In this document: positions 36,470 through 42,439 of the stretch, piece by piece
Numbering within the stretch: the stretch's first letter is position 1
Layout: the number at the start of each line of letters is the position of its first letter
Source: an uncultured Phycisphaerales bacterium
Lineage (GTDB): Bacteria; Planctomycetota; Phycisphaerae; Phycisphaerales; SM1A02
Length of the DNA: 42,439 nt
Assembly: GCA_938084645.1 (NCBI GenBank)
Contig: CALKEP010000039.1
Location: 1 to 42,439, forward strand
Reading direction: 5' to 3'
The notes under the pieces: model-generated
The model's database searches: none
Told to the model about the DNA's origin: nothing
Seen by the model: the letters and a program-made list of their open reading frames with translations, nothing else
Position numbers and translations under genes: made by a program

Positions 36470-36997
36470 ATGCCAGACCCCGCGAACCGTCTCGAAGCGT
36501 TGATCCGCGACATCCCGGATTTCCCCAAGCCGGGGATCGTCTTCAAGGACATCACGCCGTTGCTCGCCGATCCCGCCGGCCTGGCGATGGCCGTCGAGAT
36601 GATGGCGAATCCCTACCGAAACGAACGCGTCGATCTGGTGGTCGGCGCGGAGAGTCGCGGCTTCATCTTCGGCACCGCCATCGCCCAATCCCTGTCCTGC
36701 GGATTCGTCCCGATCCGAAAGCCCGGCAAGCTGCCCGCGCGGACCGTTCGTGCCTCCTACGACCTCGAGTACGGATCGGACGTCCTCGAGGTGCACGAGG
36801 ACGCCCTGTCACCCGGCCAGCGGGTCCTGATGGTGGACGACCTCCTCGCCACCGGCGGCACCATGGCCGCCTGCATCGAACTGGTCCAAGGACTCGGCGC
36901 CGAGATCGCGGCCACCGCCTTCCTCATCGAGCTGGCGTTCCTGAACGGCCGCAAACAGCTCGGTGACGTCCCGGTCCACGCGGCGATCACGTACTGA
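36470..36997 (+). CDS. apt: Adenine phosphoribosyltransferase
   Basis: IRDIPDFPKPGIVFKDITPLL, ESRGF, RKPGKLP, YDLEYG and PRPP motif VDDLLATGGT. Confidence 0.98.
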   Translation: MPDPANRLEALIRDIPDFPKPGIVFKDITPLLADPAGLAMAVEMMANPYRNERVDLVVGAESRGFIFGTAIAQSLSCGFVPIRKPGKLPARTVRASYDLEYGSDVLEVHEDALSPGQRVLMVDDLLATGGTMAACIELVQGLGAEIAATAFLIELAFLNGRKQLGDVPVHAAITY

Positions 36998-37004
36998 TCG
37001 ACGC

Positions 37005-37268
37005 CTAGATGGACGTGGCGCCGACGATCCCGAAGAACAGGAAGAACAGGACACCGACCAGCATCTGAAGGATGAAGAGAATCGTCCCGATGATGCCGCA
37101 GACCATGCCGGCCTTGGCCGTCGCCCGGCCGTCGGCCACGCGAAGCCCGGCATCCATCTCGCGAAGGTCACCGGAACCCAACACCCAGGCGGCGATTCCA
37201 AGCGGCGCACAGACGACCAGCGACAGCACGCCGAGGACGAGGATGAGGGCACTTCGATCGGGCTTCAT
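37005..37268 (-). CDS. Small membrane protein, DUF4190-like
   Basis: LVLGVLSLV.C...GI.AW.LG..DL..M and G...AKAG..CGIIG pattern; 2-3 TM helices. Confidence 0.8.
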   Translation of the reverse strand: MKPDRSALILVLGVLSLVVCAPLGIAAWVLGSGDLREMDAGLRVADGRATAKAGMVCGIIGTILFILQMLVGVLFFLFFGIVGATSI

Positions 37269-37563
37269 GGTCTTGGGTCCTGATGGAGGTGTCGAAGCCG
37301 AAGGTCACGGCGCGACGCGCGGGCCGATGTCCCGGATCACGTCGGCACGGACTCTATCGGATTTCAAACACGTGATTTTCGGACCGACCGGCGAAGCAGC
37401 CCGCCACCCCTCATTTCGCCTCAATCCCGGGCGAAGACGATCCCGCGAACCGGCCCGGTCGACGATCCCGCTACAATCCGGGGTCGGAGACCGAACGTTC
37501 TCCGTGGACCCACCACGTCCGGTGCCCCCGGATCCGATTTTCACGCCGATTCAGGATATCGCC

Positions 37564-38763
37564 ATGACCAGTGCCAGTACCACGCCGGAGATCTCCGGCG
37601 CTGCCGCCACCGACCCCCTGCAGCTCATCGACGTCGATCACGTCCGGTTCTACGTCGGCAACGCGAAGCAGGCGGCGTTCTTCTACGCCCAGACCTTCGG
37701 ATTCGAAGTCACGCAGATCGCGGATCTCACGACCGGCAGCCGGGACACCGCCCGGTACCTGCTCTCCCAGGGCAACATTCGGTTCATCCTCGAGACGCCG
37801 CTCACGCCGGACCATCCGATCAACGACGAACTCGTGAAGTTCGGCGACGGCGTGAAGGACGTCGCCTTCAACGTGCACGACGCCGAGAAGGCCTACGAGC
37901 GGGCGATCGCCAACGGTGGCGAGTCGGCGTACGAGCCGCGCACGCTCTCCGACGGCACCGGCTCGGTCACCATGGCGGGTGTGAAGGCGTACGGTCGGGC
38001 CGTCCATAGCTTCGTGAGCCGGAGTGGCGGGTACGGCCTCACCGAGCTGAAGCGCGGCGGCCTCTTCAGTCCGGAGTACAAGCCCTTCGACTTCATGATG
38101 AACGCGTACAACCGCGAACACCCCTGCGGCCTCAAGTTCGTCGACCACTGCGTCGGAAACGTCGAGGAAGGGAAGATGAATCACTGGGTCGAGTGGTACG
38201 AGAACGTGCTCGAGTTCTCCATGTTCAAGCACTTCGACGACGCCGACATCTCCACCGAGTACTCCGCCCTGATGTCGAAGGTGATGGCGTCCGGCAACCA
38301 CCTCATCAAGATGCCGATCAACGAACCCGCCGAAGGGAAGAAGAAGAGCCAGATTCTCGAGTACCTCGAGTGGCACGCGATGACCCCCGGCGTGCAGCAT
38401 CTCGCCCTGCGGACCGATGACGAACTCGCCTCGGTGAAGGAGCTTCGGCGTCGCGGCGTCGACTTCCTCACCCTGCCCGACACCTACTACGAAGCGGTCT
38501 GGAAGCGGGTCGACGGCGTCCTCCGCGAACACGGACACGAACCGGTGAAGGAGGACCACGAGCGGATCAAGCAGCTCGGCATCCTCGTCGACGCGGATGA
38601 CGAGGGATACCTTCTTCAACTCTTCACCAAGCCGCTGCAGGACCGCCCGACCCTGTTCTTCGAGATCATCAGTCGCCGCGGGAGCCAGAGTTTCGGCAAG
38701 GGCAACTTCAAGGCGCTCTTCGAGGCCCTCGAGAACGAGCAGGACCGACGCGGCAACCTCTAG
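37564..38763 (+). CDS. hppD: 4-hydroxyphenylpyruvate dioxygenase
   Basis: DHVRFYVGNAKQAA, GDGVKD, DHCVGNV, SALMSKV, INEPA, SQI.EYL, GVQHLAL, LLQLFTKP, FFEII.R and FGKGNFKALFE. Confidence 0.97.
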   Translation: MTSASTTPEISGAAATDPLQLIDVDHVRFYVGNAKQAAFFYAQTFGFEVTQIADLTTGSRDTARYLLSQGNIRFILETPLTPDHPINDELVKFGDGVKDVAFNVHDAEKAYERAIANGGESAYEPRTLSDGTGSVTMAGVKAYGRAVHSFVSRSGGYGLTELKRGGLFSPEYKPFDFMMNAYNREHPCGLKFVDHCVGNVEEGKMNHWVEWYENVLEFSMFKHFDDADISTEYSALMSKVMASGNHLIKMPINEPAEGKKKSQILEYLEWHAMTPGVQHLALRTDDELASVKELRRRGVDFLTLPDTYYEAVWKRVDGVLREHGHEPVKEDHERIKQLGILVDADDEGYLLQLFTKPLQDRPTLFFEIISRRGSQSFGKGNFKALFEALENEQDRRGNL

Positions 38764-38803
38764 CGGGCCGGCCGGAAGCCCCCGTGATTCGATGACATGT
38801 TTC

Positions 38804-38840
38804 CACCCCCGGAGCCGAAGGGCTTCGGGGGTGTCTTCAT
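38804..38840 (+). terminator. Terminator-like hairpin downstream of hppD
   Basis: 13-bp stem CACCCCCGGAGCC / GGCTTCGGGGGTG (one G-U pair) with a GAAG loop and a weak U tail (TCTTCAT). Confidence 0.6.
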
Positions 38841-39032
38841 CATGGACGCGGCCTGGCGTGACGTGGCGTGACGAACGCCACCCGGGATCGACGCCCTCCT
38901 TCGAACAAACGTTCGGAACTTCCCGCACCGAAATCCGATCACGCTCGCGCCTTCCGAGACCACGGGCTTCGGCCTTCCATCTAGACTTGAACTCGCCGCG
39001 GCGTCCGGACGACGCCGCCAGATTTCACCGCC

Positions 39033-40265
39033 ATGGATTCGATCATGTCCCTCACCGCACCCCGGAACCTCGTCGCCACCGTCATCTGGTTGTCCCTCAC
39101 CGCCAGCATCGCGGCCCAGTCGGCCGACAAGCCGTTCGCCCCGAACTTCGCCGACAACCTGACGACGCTTCAGGAGGATCTCATCGAGAACGAGGTGACC
39201 GGGAGCAACGTCGTCCTGGTGGGCCGCGACGGCGAGATCATCCATCGCTCCATCCGAAACTCCGGACGCCAGGGCGACCGCGACATCACCGACGAGACGC
39301 TCTTTCCGATCTGGTCGATGTCCAAGCCGATCACGATCGTCGCCATGATGACCCTGCACGAGAAGGGCCTCTTCGACTGGAACGATCCGGTCTCGAAGTA
39401 CATCCCCTGCTTCGCCGACCTGGCCGTCCGGGACGGCGACTCCGTCCGCCCCGCGAAGACCCCTCTTCGGGTCATCGATCTCATGACCCACCGCTCGGGC
39501 TTCGCGTACTACCCGCTTTTTCCGGGGGTCCCGCCCCGGCACGACCAGCCGCAACAGAGCCAGACCAAGTTCAAGGACCTCCAGGAGTTCTGCGAGCTCG
39601 CCGCGGACTACCCGCTCGAGTTCGACCCCGGCACCGACTACGCCTACGGAATCAACCAGGCGATCCTCGGCCGCCTCGTCGAAGTCCTCTCGGGTCGCCC
39701 CTTCGGCGCCTATCTCGAGGAGGCCATCTTCGAACCGCTCGGGATGACCGAAACGAGCTTCGTGCTCGACGCGGAGCGACGCGGCCGATTCCAGCCGCTC
39801 TTCGTGAACATCGGCGATCTCAAGGGCTACACGAACCTCCTGGACGAACTCAACTACGACCCCGACAGCCGGGCCCATTTCGGCGGCGAGGGTCTCGTCT
39901 CCAATCCCGCCGACTACGCCCGCTTCTGCGAGATGCTCGCCAACGGCGGCGAGCTCGACGGCCGGCGGATCCTCACGCCGGAGAGCATCGAGAAGATGAC
40001 CACCGTGTACAGCAAGGACATCTTCCCCGAGCTGATGCCCGGGATGGACATGGGCTTCAGCGTCTTCGTGATCGCCGATCCCGGGCGTGACGGAACCAAC
40101 GCCCCCGAGGGCGTCTTCGGTTGGTCGGGATATCACAACACGCATTTCTTCGTCGACCCGAAGACCCGGGCCTACGCGGTCTTCATGAGTCGGAGCCGCG
40201 ACTTCAACTTCGACATCCCGAGAATGCTTCGCGCCGCCGTCTACGGCGATCCCTCCTCGAACTGA
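39033..40265 (+). CDS. Exported serine hydrolase (beta-lactamase class C/EstB-like family)
   Basis: Signal peptide, F.IWSMSKP (SxxK), DPVSKYIP, LMTHRSG, PL.FDPG..Y.YG, IFEPLGM, GG.GL.S and FGWSG. The start may be 39045. Confidence 0.92.
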   Translation: MDSIMSLTAPRNLVATVIWLSLTASIAAQSADKPFAPNFADNLTTLQEDLIENEVTGSNVVLVGRDGEIIHRSIRNSGRQGDRDITDETLFPIWSMSKPITIVAMMTLHEKGLFDWNDPVSKYIPCFADLAVRDGDSVRPAKTPLRVIDLMTHRSGFAYYPLFPGVPPRHDQPQQSQTKFKDLQEFCELAADYPLEFDPGTDYAYGINQAILGRLVEVLSGRPFGAYLEEAIFEPLGMTETSFVLDAERRGRFQPLFVNIGDLKGYTNLLDELNYDPDSRAHFGGEGLVSNPADYARFCEMLANGGELDGRRILTPESIEKMTTVYSKDIFPELMPGMDMGFSVFVIADPGRDGTNAPEGVFGWSGYHNTHFFVDPKTRAYAVFMSRSRDFNFDIPRMLRAAVYGDPSSN

Positions 40266-40285
40266 GTCCCCCACGGAGCCACCTC

Positions 40286-41254
40286 ATGGCCGGAAGAATC
40301 CAACGCTCGAGCGCCTTGTTCAAGGCTTCATGGTCGGTTCTTCGCGAGGACAAGACGCTCCTGCTGTTTCCGATCCTGAGCAGCCTCGCGTCCCTGGTGG
40401 TGATCGCGAGCTTCGCGATCCCCGTCATCACGTTGCTCACCACGGACGAGACGCTTCGAAACGAAGTCATCACGACGATGAACCAGTCGGAGCAGACGAG
40501 ACCGTCCCCGTCGGAGACGGACACCGCGACATCCCAGGCGGGCGACACGGGCGATGCCGTGATCCCCGAGGGTTGGGAGATCGCGGGCTACGCCTATCTC
40601 TTCGCGTTCTACTTCGTCACCAGCTTCGTCGTGATCTTTTTCAACGCCGCGCTGATTGCGGCCGCGAACGAACGATTCCAGGGACGTCCCACCGGAGTCG
40701 GGGCCGGAATCAGCGTCGCTTTGAAACGCCTGCCACAGATCCTCGGCTGGACCCTGGTGGCGACGACCGTCAACCTGGTCCTTCGCGCGATCGAGGAGCG
40801 CGTCGGACTGGTCGGCAAGATCATCGTCGGATTGATCGGCGTCGGATGGGCGATCGCGATCTACTTCGCGGTGCCTGCCGTGGTCCTCGAGGGGGTCGGA
40901 CCCATCGGCGCCATCAAGCGATCGGGCCAGACGATTCGCAAGACCTGGGGCGAGAGCCTGATGATCGCCGTCGGCTTCGGCATCGTGGGGATCTTCGTCA
41001 CCATCCTCGGCATCCTCCTGCTCGTGGGCGGGGGCGTCGCGATCGCCGCCGCCGCGGGTGGTGGCACGGCGCTCGGCATGACCGCGGGGATCACGATCGC
41101 GGCGTGCGGCGTTCTGGTGCTGGTCGGCTGGGCGATCCTCTCGGGGACCCTTCGCGGAATCACCCAGACGGCGCTCTTCCGATTCGCGACCGACGGGACC
41201 GTCGTCTCCGGTTTCGAGCAACACGACCTCGAGGTCGCCTTCCAGCACAAGTGA
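40286..41254 (+). CDS. Membrane protein, DUF6159-like
   Basis: KASWSVLREDK.LLLFP, FFNAALI, I.GW.L...TV, P.VVLEG.GP..AIKRS...RKTWGE; GGAG RBS. Confidence 0.85.
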   Translation: MAGRIQRSSALFKASWSVLREDKTLLLFPILSSLASLVVIASFAIPVITLLTTDETLRNEVITTMNQSEQTRPSPSETDTATSQAGDTGDAVIPEGWEIAGYAYLFAFYFVTSFVVIFFNAALIAAANERFQGRPTGVGAGISVALKRLPQILGWTLVATTVNLVLRAIEERVGLVGKIIVGLIGVGWAIAIYFAVPAVVLEGVGPIGAIKRSGQTIRKTWGESLMIAVGFGIVGIFVTILGILLLVGGGVAIAAAAGGGTALGMTAGITIAACGVLVLVGWAILSGTLRGITQTALFRFATDGTVVSGFEQHDLEVAFQHK

Positions 41255-41266
41255 TTCCGCCGATCT

Positions 41267-42439
41267 TCATTCGACCCGATCTTGTTCATCGGATTCGAGC
41301 ACATCGACGTCGAACGAGGGAAGCCCGGGAATCACGGAAGCGGTGCGCACCACCAGCGTCTTCGCGCGGTGTCGCAGACGAAGCCCGCTCGGTTCGATCG
41401 ACGCCAGGAGGAACAGCGACACGACCCGCATCCCGGTGGTGAGGACGAAGATCGTCCCGTATCCGACGCTCGTGGTTCCAACGACGTCGAGCACCGCCCC
41501 GCCGAGCAGGCTGCCTCCGACCATCACCATCGCCAGCAGCAGCTGGTAGACGGTCATGATCGGCGTCCGTCTCGCCTCCGGAATGGTGTCGAAGACCAGC
41601 AGGAACGAGCCGTTCTCCCAGCAGGCCCAGCCGAATCCGACGTACACCTGGAAGAGCACCAGCAACCACCACGGTTCGACGAACAGCCACAGCAGTGCGG
41701 CAGGAAGCGTCATCAACGCGCCGATCCAGAGGACCCGCGCCGGCCCGAGCCGGCGGGTCATCCGCCCGACGAGCGGAAGGAACAGGATCTTCGAGCCGAA
41801 GGTTCCGAACTGCACGCAGATGATCTGCCAGTACTCGAATCCCAACTGTTCCCGCATGTACGGCCCGAAGAATGGCGCCGTCACGAAGACGCAGAGGAAG
41901 AAGGCGAGCATGTACCCCAGCAGCCCCCGGGTCCGGGCGTCCGCGAGAAACCGACGAAGGACCCGCGGAGTCGGCGGCTCGATCTCGAGGGCCAGTCGGG
42001 GCTTCGGCTCGGACTGGCTCCGCAGACACCAGGTCGAGATGCACCGAACGATGGCGGCGATCGAGAAGACGACGGCGAACGCCTCGAGCGGACGCCCCAT
42101 CGACTCGCCTTCCTGCAGGATGAACCCGGCCGCGAGACCGGTCGCGAGGGCCACCTGGATCCAGCGGCTCCGACGCGCCCAGAATTCGGCCCGGATGCGA
42201 GGGGGAACGAGCGTGGTGAACCAGGTCTGCCAGGTCGGCGCGGTCATGTAGCCGCTCGCCCAATAGACGGAGATGGTCGCGTAGAGGAGCCAGGGGGGCA
42301 TCGCGCCGTACCACGCGCCGATCACCAGCGGGATGATCGACGCCGCCTGAACCGCGGCGCAGGTCGAGGTCCATCGCCGAAGCGAGCCCATCCATCGCGC
42401 GCCCCACGGCGTCACGAGCTGGAGCACCGCACCGATGAA
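41267..42439 (-). CDS. MFS transporter; 5' end lies outside the window
   Basis: The frame stays open to the window end; multiple TM helices; PTW..WF..LVP..IRA.FWARR and APFF.PYM..QLG motifs. Confidence 0.85.
   Translation of the reverse strand, partial: FIGAVLQLVTPWGARWMGSLRRWTSTCAAVQAASIIPLVIGAWYGAMPPWLLYATISVYWASGYMTAPTWQTWFTTLVPPRIRAEFWARRSRWIQVALATGLAAGFILQEGESMGRPLEAFAVVFSIAAIVRCISTWCLRSQSEPKPRLALEIEPPTPRVLRRFLADARTRGLLGYMLAFFLCVFVTAPFFGPYMREQLGFEYWQIICVQFGTFGSKILFLPLVGRMTRRLGPARVLWIGALMTLPAALLWLFVEPWWLLVLFQVYVGFGWACWENGSFLLVFDTIPEARRTPIMTVYQLLLAMVMVGGSLLGGAVLDVVGTTSVGYGTIFVLTTGMRVVSLFLLASIEPSGLRLRHRAKTLVVRTASVIPGLPSFDVDVLESDEQDRVE

Noticed and set aside
39033..40265. Beta-lactam resistance gene
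   Set aside because: The motifs fit the broad EstB/class C-like serine hydrolase family; nothing in the sequence specifies beta-lactamase activity.
1..42439. CRISPR array or cas genes accompanying the Lon/sigma cluster
   Set aside because: No regularly spaced direct repeats and no Cas, CARF, SAVED or cyclase-like ORF recognised anywhere in the window.

Overview
This is a very GC-rich, gene-dense bacterial chromosomal segment. Its gene content (exported sulfatase, DUF3500, SMUG1-type UDG, a PilT + membrane-anchored PilB/GspE-like + CvpA-domain operon, standalone GroES) suggests Planctomycetota, probably Phycisphaerae (inference). Most of it is ordinary: an SRAP/YedK gene (partial, missing from the ORF track), a methyltransferase, a PAS hybrid kinase, tRNA-Leu(CAA), MFS transporters, glgP, guaB, accBC, a Btu/Fec-type ABC importer, an MsbA-like exporter, aroA, apt, hppD and a serine hydrolase. 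The stand-out is a four-gene minus-strand cluster of apparent hypotheticals at about 9039-14091. It reads as a divergent ECF-like sigma factor, a small HxxKH protein that may be a BECR-fold RNase, a possible anti-sigma/protease substrate, and an ATPase-less Lon-type (S16) Ser-Lys protease fused to a long helical TPR-like region. This resembles a CRISPR-independent protease/anti-sigma/sigma conflict or stress cascade. Other notable signals are a catalytically degenerate membrane-anchored pilus ATPase, a secretin-like domain fused to a methyltransferase, an unannotated 34-aa membrane peptide, and repeated -10 hexamers 6-7 nt before start codons (leaderless mRNAs). No CRISPR array, cas gene, integrase or transposase was seen. 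All family assignments come from motifs read by eye, not from database searches.
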